This document shows positions 1 through 10,100 of a stretch of 32,000 nt of DNA, piece after piece. The stretch comes from Zygophlyctis sp. KS116. Lineage: Eukaryota > Fungi > Chytridiomycota. The notes beneath the pieces were generated by a model that did no database searches, was not told where the DNA came from, and saw nothing but the letters and a program-made list of their open reading frames with translations. The position numbers and the translations under genes are program-made. Each line of letters starts with the position of its first letter. Positions within the stretch are counted from its first letter, which is position 1. The stretch is taken from contig BAAFSQ010000012.1 in assembly GCA_054661495.1 (NCBI GenBank), positions 30,001-62,000 of the forward strand, given 5' to 3'.

Positions 1-1295
1 CGGATATAGCTGGGCAGCTATCAATTAAACTGAAATCTGTTAGATTTGTAGATAGTGATTTTGTTTTTTCTATTTTGGATACTTTAGCGCCTTCTTGGAT
101 CTCTAATAATGAAGGCTGGGTAGCGATATCTGGAATGCAATCAGGAAGTTGTCAAAAGATAATGGTAAACAGCTTTACAATATTAAAAAATAGAATCTTA
201 TTTTGCCTTTTGGGGCTACTAGATCCATTTACCAATCAGGGAAATTATGGTTTGTAGAATTCTTTGATCTACGAGATGCTGCTTCTACTGTTGAAAATCT
301 TAATGGAACCGTTTTGCCAGTACTTTTTATTCTATTAATACTAGGGAAATGTAGTTTTGAATATGAGATTACACTTGACTAATGGGAAGAAGTGGGCGCA
401 GCAACAAAACTCTTCAAAGAATTTACGTGCTCTTGTTGATATCTCAAATTTCCAGACCAAAAATTCAAATGTTTCTAAATTTGACAAGGTATGGCAGCCT
501 ATAGGATCATCCTGGAAAACAGCTCAGAACTTGAAGATTGATGAGTCTATTTTGAAAAATGACTGGACATCAAAGAATAGATTAACAGGCAGATTTCTTG
601 AGCCACAAATTCAAAACTATACAAAAGAGGATAAAGAAAACGTCTTTGTTAAATCTGTCGAAAAATCCTTGAATGATTGGGAAGGTTCCCTTGATAGCAT
701 GATTATCAGTGAAGGAGGTCGTATTCAATCAAATGAGATTGACTTTGGATTGATTGGTAAATTACAAATTATAACTTATCTCTGTAGCATCTGGAAAGGA
801 TTTAAGAAGTACATTTATGATTCGAAATATCCCAAACAAGTATACACAGCAAATGTTACTTGATTTTTTGAATGAAACTCACCGTGTAATTACTTTGAAC
901 TAAAATCTTAGGGAACTTTTGATTTTCTTTATCTAAGAATGGACTTTAAAAACAAATGTAATGTTGGCTATGCATTTATAAATGTATTTCTTATTAAAAT
1001 AGTTAAAAAATAGTTTGCAAATCCAAAATCCATTTTATCTCTTGCTGATCGTATTCTTGGAAAAAAATGGAATCAATTTAATTCTGAAAAAGTTGCAACA
1101 CTTTGTTATGCAAATGTTCAAGGACGGGATTCTTTAATTCAAAAATTCCGTAATTCAAGTGTTATGTTGGAGGATTCTAGCTTTAGACCTAAATTGTTTT
1201 ATACTGTTGGCGATCGTGCTGGATCAGAAGAATCATTTCCTATTGGTCCAACTAAACTTAAATCAAAGTCTGATGTTTTATTTCGCCGTGAATAA
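1..1295 (+). CDS. mei2: Mei2-like RNA-binding protein (RRM2 plus Mei2-type RRM3), 5' end outside the window
   Basis: Splicing GT-AG introns 165-193, 320-344, 757-787, 886-911 and 984-1013 gives [10 protein letters not shown] (RRM2) and [52 protein letters not shown]...[19 protein letters not shown], the signature Mei2 RRM3. Stop TAA at 1293-1295. Confidence 0.9.
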
Positions 1296-1993
1296 TCTCT
1301 TAAAGTTTCTTTTTAAATCTAAATACCATTTGAATAGTTTAGATTTCCAATTTTTATGAGCCAATAGTTCCATATTATGACATAGATTATGCACTATACA
1401 TTTTAAAACAGCTTGAACGATTTCAGCTTGATCCGATTCAATTTGGCTTGGCGGAACATGTATAAATAGTGCAGGAACACCGGTTTTCTGACACTGATAG
1501 AGAGCTTTGAAATATACAAATTCACAAAGATATAATCCAGCATCATGAGATATTTCAACTGCATCCAACCAGCCATTGAACTTTAAACATGCAATTAAAC
1601 AGTCTAATGTAAATCAACCATAAATACCAAGATCAATATCAGTTGTAATAGATGATTCTCCTAATCCAGCAATACATTCGTTCCCTGGAGGGAGCAATCC
1701 TCTTTCATCAGACTCTAAAAGTACCTTGTATCCGGCTTTAAATAACTTTTATTATGTGCCAAGGCCTCTAATCGCAAAGGACCATCATGTCCGACACCGA
1801 CATGAATAATCATATCCAAGTCTTTAGGATACTTCAACTCCAAAATACTCTCGTACTCTACCTCTAGCAAGAGTTTTGTAATTTCCCAACCAGGAACAGG
1901 ATCTATTCTCTTGACAGCCTCCCAGGAAGGATTAATGGAATAGTGCTTAAATGGACCATAACCGGTTATCAATAATCTTTTCTTTGGGATCAT
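1278..1993 (-). CDS. Pyroglutamyl peptidase I (peptidase C15)
   Basis: MIPKKRLLITGYGPF...INPSWEAV...IIHVGV...LRLEALAHN...SHDAGLYLCEF...ALFIHVP, with the catalytic Glu/Cys/His present. Introns 1702-1724 (23 nt) and 1604-1627 (24 nt) join ORFs 1715-2065 and 1278-1568. The exact 3' end is less certain. Confidence 0.88.
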
Positions 1994-2005
1994 CAGTAAA
2001 ATATT

Positions 2006-3343
2006 ATGATAAATCAAACTTACAATGGACAAGAATGGAAGAATCCACTCAGAAACCACTATCAAAACTATAAAGACTTTAATGATCCAATCTCTAGTAC
2101 TGATCTGACTTGTGCTCCGTTTAGAATTATTACTTGCCCAAACTTTGTATCACAGGAAAAGATTGATTTATTGGTAGATGAAGTCAAGGCACTAGAGTTT
2201 AAGCATAAATCAAATGATCTCTATGAATTCTATCAATCAAATGAATTGAAATTCAACAAGACTGGAGTCATTGCTGAACTCGCTTCAAGTTTATCATCTG
2301 CTGAATGGATTTCAACTCTCTCTGAAATTACTGGAACTCAGTTATCAGGGGATTTAGATATGGCAGCTCAGGAATATAGACAAGGAGGCTATTTGTTATG
2401 TCATGATGATGATATGGGACAAGATCAAGACGCTAGATTAATTGCATTTATACTCTATTTATGTGATCCTGAATGGAAAGAAGAAGATGGAGGACAATTA
2501 CAATTATATGATACAGATGAAAGTGGTAGTCCTGGCCAAGTTGTAAGATCGATACTGCCTAAAAGGAATACTTTTGCATTTTTTAGTCTATCTAAAACAT
2601 CATATCATCAAGTTCAACAAGTATTTTCTAGTAGATTTAATAGATATTCAATTACAGGATGGTTTAGAGGAACAAGAAAGACTATTCCTCAAATATTAAA
2701 ACTTGAAACTCTAATTAATCCAACAATCAACTTTACTGATTGGATTAATCCTCTCTACTACAACTCTTCAAACATTACAATGTTGAAAGATGCATTTAGT
2801 GATCAGTCTTATTTAGTTTTAAGGGATTTTATAAAGACTGATCTCTTTACAAGTCTCTTAAATTCTAGCTCAAACCTTGAATTTTGTCAAATTGGACCTG
2901 CAAATGTCCAATCCTTTTCTAAACTTGTAAAATGCAATCAACTTTGGACTCAGTTTCTAGTCTGGTTTCAGTCAAAAGAGTTTAAATCTTGGGTAGAATC
3001 TATTTCAGGACTCTGTCTAACTACTTTTACCAGTCTTAATGCACGTAGATTTTCTGTTGGAGATTATACTCTTGTTCACGACAGAGTAATAGATCCTTTA
3101 GGATTAGATGTAATCTTTTCATTCCCAGTCTTTAAAACCTCAAACACAGAATGGAATGAATCTTGGGGAGGTCAATTACATTACATTTATGATAAAGATT
3201 CTATTTTTACTCATACTCCTCAACAAAATGAATTAGTTTTAGTTTATAGGAATGATTCAGATATACACAAATTCGTAAAACATGTGTCACATTCATCCTT
3301 TGGAGACCGATTAGAAATTTGTGGAATTTATCTAGAAAAATAG
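2006..3343 (+). CDS. TPA1: Ribosomal uS12 prolyl hydroxylase TPA1/OGFOD1 (tandem 2OG-Fe(II) oxygenase domains)
   Basis: Intronless 445-aa ORF with KSNDLYEFYQS, LLCHDD (HxD), RLIAFILYL, GGQLQLY, SYHQV and RYSITGWF, followed by a second oxygenase-like domain (RRFSVGDYTL, WGGQLHY). Confidence 0.9.
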   Translation: MINQTYNGQEWKNPLRNHYQNYKDFNDPISSTDLTCAPFRIITCPNFVSQEKIDLLVDEVKALEFKHKSNDLYEFYQSNELKFNKTGVIAELASSLSSAEWISTLSEITGTQLSGDLDMAAQEYRQGGYLLCHDDDMGQDQDARLIAFILYLCDPEWKEEDGGQLQLYDTDESGSPGQVVRSILPKRNTFAFFSLSKTSYHQVQQVFSSRFNRYSITGWFRGTRKTIPQILKLETLINPTINFTDWINPLYYNSSNITMLKDAFSDQSYLVLRDFIKTDLFTSLLNSSSNLEFCQIGPANVQSFSKLVKCNQLWTQFLVWFQSKEFKSWVESISGLCLTTFTSLNARRFSVGDYTLVHDRVIDPLGLDVIFSFPVFKTSNTEWNESWGGQLHYIYDKDSIFTHTPQQNELVLVYRNDSDIHKFVKHVSHSSFGDRLEICGIYLEK

Positions 3344-3528
3344 AGTATGCCATTTTCTACTTAAAATTCCCAGTGTCTGAACTCTCTCAGTACCTTTACT
3401 CTATAATCAGATAAGGATTATTACCTTATAAGATTTAAAGACTAGGCCATCCATGTAACCTGCACCTTCCCTTCTCTGTTTTGAAAAATCATAGAGTTAA
3501 GTATACTTTTTGAAAAATCACTGGAAAA

Positions 3529-4418
3529 ATGTTTAAAAGTCTGTCAACTCTGCAACCTAGAAATATAGAATTGGAGACTGTTTATATCACTACTGTTAAT
3601 CCAAAGATTGCATCCAAACTCATTAAAGAATTAAACTCTCTGGATGATCTAACCCTACCACATTTGAAGAGAATCAGGAAAACAGTAACAGATACAGGTA
3701 TTTGAATATTTTCTTAAAAATTAGGAAATATTTTAGAAGCAATTTTATTTCCTGCATCGGTTGAAATTGAATTTGTTTTACAATTTTTATCTAGAGTGCA
3801 TGATTCAGATTGGATTATTAGGACAACTCTAGTCTCTAAATTAGAACCAATGCTTAGAATTGAATATGAAGAATGGAAAGAATTTTGGCCATTGAGCTTT
3901 TATGAACGATTAGATTTAATTGATATATTAGATCAGAGTCATGAAGAATACGCGTCTAGTTGGTCAAGTAAAATTCTAGACTTCAAGCTCCAAAATACAA
4001 ATATTGAAAATGTTGCAATGATTGTTCATCCTGTTAAAAATGAACTTTTAGCTCTAGGAACTGATTCTTGTCTAAAACATCCATTAAGGCATGCTGTAAT
4101 GAATGTAATTGAAAATGTGGCACTACAAGAGTCTGAAAACAGGAATAACAGTAATACAAAGAAAAGAAGCTTGGATGAACCTAATTACGGTTATTTATGT
4201 ACTGGATTAGATATTTTTGTATTTAGAGAGCCATGCATCATGTATTTTTTTCTAAATTTAAATTTAATTATAGGTGTTCAATGGCTCTTGTTCATTCCAG
4301 AATCCATAGATTATTCTTTATAAAAGAAAATCCTGAAAATGGTGGAATTTGCTCAATTTATAAATTACATATGCATAAAAGTCTAAATCATCACTTTAAA
4401 TCATATTTAAAAGTCTAA
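3529..4418 (+). CDS. TAD3: tRNA adenosine-34 deaminase non-catalytic subunit Tad3/ADAT3
   Basis: Introns 3698-3724 and 4242-4273. Motifs HLKRIRK, FWP, HPLRHAVM (Val in place of the catalytic Glu, typical of Tad3), YLCTGLD, EPCIMCSMALVHSRI and LNHHF. Confidence 0.9.
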
Positions 4419-5009
4419 TCTTTTTTCAAATCAGAGACAACTTCATTGATTTTATTCTTTAGATTAATTTTTTTTTAATTTTACCTGCACTTTATTCAAT
4501 TCTTGATCTATTTTTGATTGTTCCTTTAGCAGAATTGGACGTAGAAAAGACGAGTAAATCTTTGCTGCGCCTTTAAATTGCGGAAGAATCAAGTATCCTA
4601 TAAACAATAGCTTAAATGTAAAATATAATCTAGCGGGTAAGAGATCAGAAAAGTCTTACGGAATCCAATAAATCACTACATCACTAAAGAGTTCAACCAA
4701 ATTTAAAAACCCAAAGACTGTCCAGTACATCAACCTTTTAAGTTAATTCTTGATCGCATACCATTGAACATCATCTTCCTTTCTATCCGACTCAATGGCT
4801 TTAAACGAAGCATATGCAGGATAAACAAATCCAAATAAATTTGTGATTAATCTTGCGCCGACATTCATAAAAACTAGAAAAATCAAGAATACTGCAATTG
4901 ATCCTGCAGAATAAGTTTTTGGGACCTTTGTCTTTCTCTCAAAATCCTTTAAAACACTAAATTTAGATAGTTCCTTGTCCAAATTCGAAATCAAAGTCTC
5001 AAAATTCAT
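4415..5009 (-). CDS. YOP1: ER-shaping protein Yop1/REEP5 (TB2/DP1/HVA22 family)
   Basis: Introns 4735-4761, 4630-4659 and 4457-4484. GFVYPAYASFKAIES...DDVQWLMYWTVFG...WIPLYFTFK...LILPQFKGA. Ends ...VSDLKKD* with TAG at 4417-4415. Confidence 0.92.
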
Positions 5010-5029
5010 TTTTCTCTTTCCGCCTAAAC

Positions 5030-5886
5030 TTAAAACTGCTCTGCCATTCGATTTCTAGAGTAAGTCTAGTATATTTACCTGATTTCCCATACTACATCTC
5101 TTCTTGGTTTAGAAGTTGGTACAATATAATTAGATCTCATGGATGCATAATTATGTCTTGGTTTAGAATTGAGTCTAACACTAGATCCTGATGCAGGATG
5201 ATCAGACTTATTCTCTGCCGATCGTTTTAGAAATGAATCTTTTGACCATGTTTTTTGATGTTGATGGAACCTAGAGACTGGATCATTCTTTTTCTTTCTT
5301 TGTGGTATAGATGGGCGTATAACTACTATTAATAATTTAAAAAGTACATCCGGGTCTCTTGAAGACAAATTGTTTCTCTGATTCAGAGTATTCAGTCTAA
5401 ATCATTAATACTTTTTAATAAAATACAATATTTGTGAAATCTTGATGATAAGATTCTTCTTCTTCTTCTTCTTCTAGATAATTGCAACTTTTATCATTAC
5501 TAATACTGTTTTGGTTTAAATCAATTGAATCTAGTCTCTGCATCATCTGATCTATTTCCTGTTTTTCTCTAGATTGTCTAGTATTCTTAATAATAATCTG
5601 ATTATTATCATTTCTGTATTCTACAGCATTCAATGAGAAATCAAAGGCCTCCAATTCAGTAAAGTCCGTGTCAGAGTCTGCTACTTTATGAATTTTGAAT
5701 TTAGAAAATACCATCAACTTCAGTATTAATTTCCTCAATAAAGGCATCAATCACAGAGTCTGGTAGAAAATCCCGTTGATATCCCATACTCTCCAATTGG
5801 TCAATTACAAAAGACCGTGTTAGTGGAACAACTTCTTCATCATTAGTCTTGGCTAAACTCTGGTCTAGTTTATTAATAGATAACAT
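5030..5886 (-). CDS. HYLS1: Centriole/basal-body protein HYLS1 homolog
   Basis: Introns 5684-5711, 5397-5426, 5323-5347 and 5055-5078 join three track ORFs. The C-terminus GFIRP...KKNDPVSRFHQHQKTW...NYIVPTSKPRRDVVWEIRNRM resembles the HYLS1 C-terminal box. N-terminal QLESMGY...PDSVIDAF helix. Confidence 0.78.
5454..5474. repeat. (TTC)7 microsatellite encoding poly-Glu in HYLS1
   Basis: Seven perfect TTC units, read as EEEEEEE on the minus strand. Confidence 0.9.
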
Positions 5887-6951
5887 TAAAAATCAGTCTT
5901 TTCGGAAGTATTTGTAATATGCGCTCGTCGAATTTTATCTGAATTACCAATTCCTAATTTTGGAAGTCCCTTTTCTAGTCCTTCAAGTAGAATACACGCT
6001 TTGCAAACATCTCTAGATGACATGTAACCACATCTAATACAAGATCCAAGATCTCCTTTAATTCTTTCTCCTCTATTCAACTTTAACAGAGTATTAGATT
6101 CAAAATTTTCACCAGATCTAATAATATCTAAAATTGCAGATGGTCTTATAGCTTCTAAATCCTTTAAAAATCCTCTTGCATAACCCCTATAAGCTTCTTT
6201 AGAATAAGTACATTCTGTAGAAAAATAATCTAATTTCTTGAAATATGCATACATGACAATTTCCTTTTCAAAAGTATATTTTAAAGGTTTTGCTCTTGGA
6301 AGTAATTCATCTGTATCAGTCTTTATAAGAGTACATCTCTTTAATCTAGAGAAATCTCCTCTTAAAATATTCATTAAAACTGTTTCAGCCATATCATCTG
6401 CATTATGACCTGTTACAATCATATCTACACCTAGTAAAGCTGCACCTCTATCAAGAGCTTGTCTTCTAAAAACACCACAAAATGTGCAATTATTCTTTAA
6501 TCCTACTTGTTTAACAATATCATCCATTGACCATCCATATAAATCAGTATAAGATAGCACTTTTAGAGGTATTTTGTACTGAATTTCATTTCTTTTAACA
6601 GTCTAGTATAAAACAGCTTAAAGTACCTCTAAAGAATCATCTCTGTATCCAGTTATTCCCTCATCAATAGATAATAAACACAAATCTAGTCCGTAATCAT
6701 ATTTTTCATTTAATGTAGTCATGACATGTGCCAGTACAGTTGAATCTTTCATAAGAATTTAGTGATTTACCTTTTCCTCCTGATGCTGCAATTGCTATTT
6801 TATCTCCTCTTTTGAATAATGCATTAGAGACTATAGTATTATGGATTTCCTCTTCAAAGATTGCAAAGAAACAAGTCTTGCAGACTAATTGTAATGTTTT
6901 GGGTCTCTTGAGAATGGGACGATTAGTTTTGCACAAACTGCAAGTTTTCAT
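5886..6951 (-). CDS. NCS6: Cytoplasmic tRNA 2-thiolation protein 1 (Ncs6/CTU1)
   Basis: Introns 6746-6770 and 6603-6626. N-terminal CxxC pairs, PP-loop [52 protein letters not shown] and a C-terminal CxxC...CxxC. Alternative in-frame ATG at 6975. Confidence 0.95.
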
Positions 6952-7052
6952 TTGCTGATAAGGCCTCCTAGCCATGGAACTGCTGTCAAGAGCTGTTAGG
7001 AAGTGCAATGTGCCACACTGTTATCAGTAGGCTCTTGGCTGTTGTAGGCCAT

Positions 7053-7091
7053 GGGGCAGTGGGGCATTGGGCAGTGGGCATTGGGGCAGTG
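7053..7091 (+). repeat. G-rich tandem repeat GGG(G)CA(G/T)T x5 / G-quadruplex-forming motif in the NCS6-TOM1 divergent promoter
   Basis: GGGGCAGT GGGGCATT GGGCAGT GGGCATT GGGGCAGT: five tracts of 3-4 G separated by 4-nt loops. Confidence 0.8.
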
Positions 7092-7145
7092 AGGAGGAGC
7101 CTTGAGCGATTGTGCTGATTGTGTAGGAGCCTCAATTAAAAAAAT

Positions 7146-10100
7146 ATGAGAATTTCAAAAACTCCAACAAAGAGGTTGGCTGCTCCGGTATTTAGTATTG
7201 TTTAATAGAAATAGGTAAAGGAGTTGTTGGAATTTATTGATTCTCTTTCAACCCAAAAGTTGCTTGATATTGCGCTAGAGTTGGATAGGAATGGTTGGCC
7301 CTTTCCAAAATCTGATCTCTTTCATTGGACTGCAGTTTTAAATCAATGGGATGAAGTTTTAGGAGAATTGGTTACTAAATATTCTCTAAAGGAGTTACAA
7401 AAAATAGACTTTTCAAAAGATGATAAGGATGTATTAAGAGGGATTTTGAAATTAACTTGGTATCTATGGGAGAATTGTACAAATAGGAACTTATACGCAT
7501 CTTATGAACATTTAGGGGCTTTATTGAATTCTAATGATCAGCAAATATTACATGTTACATTATTACTTTTAACAAGACCTGCGACAAGAATAAGCTCTCA
7601 AAGAAATTTAAAAAATATTTTTTCTGGTTTACAAGAAAGGTTGATTTGTTTAGCGGCAAATTGGGGAGAGTATTCAGATTTTAAACTTTTTAAAAGAAAT
7701 GAAGCGGATACTATGATTGATAAAGCAAATTTATTATACTCTTTTTATAGATCAAGTGATTCTTCTAAAGAATCAGATAAACAAGGACTGGTTTCTATAA
7801 TCATGGATTTGAATAAAACTCAAAATGAAGGTGCAAAAGAGGTTTTTGATATGATTGTTGAAAAGTATAATGTGCCAAATCAATTCTATTATCCTCTATA
7901 CTTTAAAGTTAGGATATTAAAAGATATAAATGATGCTGAAAAAAGGCAAATATGGGGATGTATAAGGTTACTGGCATTATCTGTTTGTTGTAAGTTTCTC
8001 TTGAAATTTTAAACTTTAGTAAATATATTGAGTCAAGAAACTGCTCAATCTACGTTTTTTTTATATGAACCGGATATTATCACTAAAATAGCTTCTGTTT
8101 TGGATGATTCAGAGTATTCTTTTGATTTCCAGCTTTGTGCAATTTATACAATGGAGTCTCTTTGTCATTTTAGATCCAAATTATCAGATGTGCTGTTAGC
8201 CGTAAATGCAAGTGTAAATCATGGTATTTTGTTAAATTTGATTCGTAAAATGATTGGAAATTGTAAGTTTATATACATTAAAAGGTAGCGATTCCATTTG
8301 AATTGGCAGAAGCTTTGAATTCATTGGTGGCTTATATTATTTCTACTCAGTCTGGGGGAACAATGCTTATAAGTGCTGGGATTATACCAGTGCTTCTTGG
8401 TACAGTGGCTGAGAATTCCTCTACTAGAGTAATATTTTTTAATTTTACAAATAGAGCGTTACTAAAAGTGTTAATATTTTAGATAACATTCTGTATGGAT
8501 TCCCGTCTTCTTTTAATGTCTTTATGGAATCAAATGGACTTGAGATTATTGTGAAAAGGATTGAATCAGAGGTTTCTCTATGCTTGAATACTTTTGATTC
8601 AAGTGGAGACGGGGCAACACTTCCATTTGATCGTGGAACTCTTTTACGCTCTTTGCTAAAGTTTGTGATGCATTTAATGCAAACATCTGGATCCGCTGAT
8701 CGTATGCGGAATCTCATTGAGAGTACGCTGCCGAAATCTATCCTGTTCATATTAGATAACTCAAAGAGCTTTGGAGCAAATGTCTTTGGGATTGGTATGC
8801 TAAAGTATTTTATTTAACACTAAAGCTATTAATATTATGGCCACATTTATTCATAATGAGCCAACTTCTTTGAATATTCTACAGGAAGCTAAACTACCAC
8901 AGGCATTTTTAAAATCAATCACCTCATCCATGCCTGTCTCTGCAGAAGTCATTTCAGCTATACCAAATGCTTTTGGTGCTATTTGCCTCAATTCGGCTGG
9001 ATTAGAAGCATTTAATGAATCTAATCCAATCCATACTTATCTTCAGGTTTTCACAGATAAAGAAAATCTTCGCACTGTGCAGGATAATGACGTCCCGCAT
9101 TTGGTTGGGAATTCAATGGATGAGCTTATTCGCCACCAGCCAAGTCTGAAAGAGTCAATTATAAGTGCTCTTGTTTCAATGCTGTCAAAAGTTGTTGAGC
9201 TTGGAGATTTTTATGCGGAAGAAAAATTGGAGAAAACCGTATTGATCCTTTCCTCCTCAGATTTGCCACTTAAACAAATCAATAATAAGGAACAACAAAA
9301 AGAAGAAGATATTGTGATCATGATTGATGTTGTTTCAAGGGTGATTTTTAATTTGAATTAATTCGATAGTTGCTTGAAGGCCTCTTCCAAAATGTAGCAC
9401 ATGCTCCTGATTTTATCCGATTGGGAGGTGCAGAAACCCTTCGGCAGTTATCGCAGCTGCGATGTATTCCGTATGACTTCACATCTACTCCATCTTCATT
9501 TACTCTCTCTTATCTTTTCAGAGTATTGATCGAATCGGATCCAAATCGCATCATTGAAATGATTGCCAAGCAAACAAGAAGCACTTTAAGTCTACTTGAT
9601 AATCTGTTGAAATGTTCAGAGGATGGTAGCATGCTGGAAAAATATATTCAGTTGAATTCGGGTATTTTTTTCACTGCTAAACTATAGATTTGACAGAAAC
9701 TGAACAAGATATTGGACAGAAACTTTTTAGAGGTCTGATAAATATTTTGGGCTTAATTCGACTACTGACAGATATGTACTGTACTCATTCTTTATCACAC
9801 ATGAAAAGCTTCACTGGTGCCATTTTGAGCTTCACTGGTGATTTTGGGGAAGGATTACTGGAACTGTTGGGAAAACTTCAAAAGGTTTGCATAACGGAAA
9901 AACTTTTTATCAAGAAAAACGTGCCTGAGAGCTGGTATGAGAAGCCAAAAAAGGAGAAGCCTGCCGATCCAGATCTTCGCATTGTTGGTATCGGTCAGGG
10001 GGCTTCTAGACCCGAATTTGAAATGGATATCATTAGTCCTACTTCTGCAGGGACAGATGTGCAAGGTGATCAAGTTATGGCAACTGCTGAATCAATCCAT

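Noticed and set aside
3478-3520. Direct repeat TTTTGAAAAATCA x2 upstream of TAD3
   Set aside because: Short, AT-rich and only two copies; not enough to call a regulatory site or a target-site duplication.
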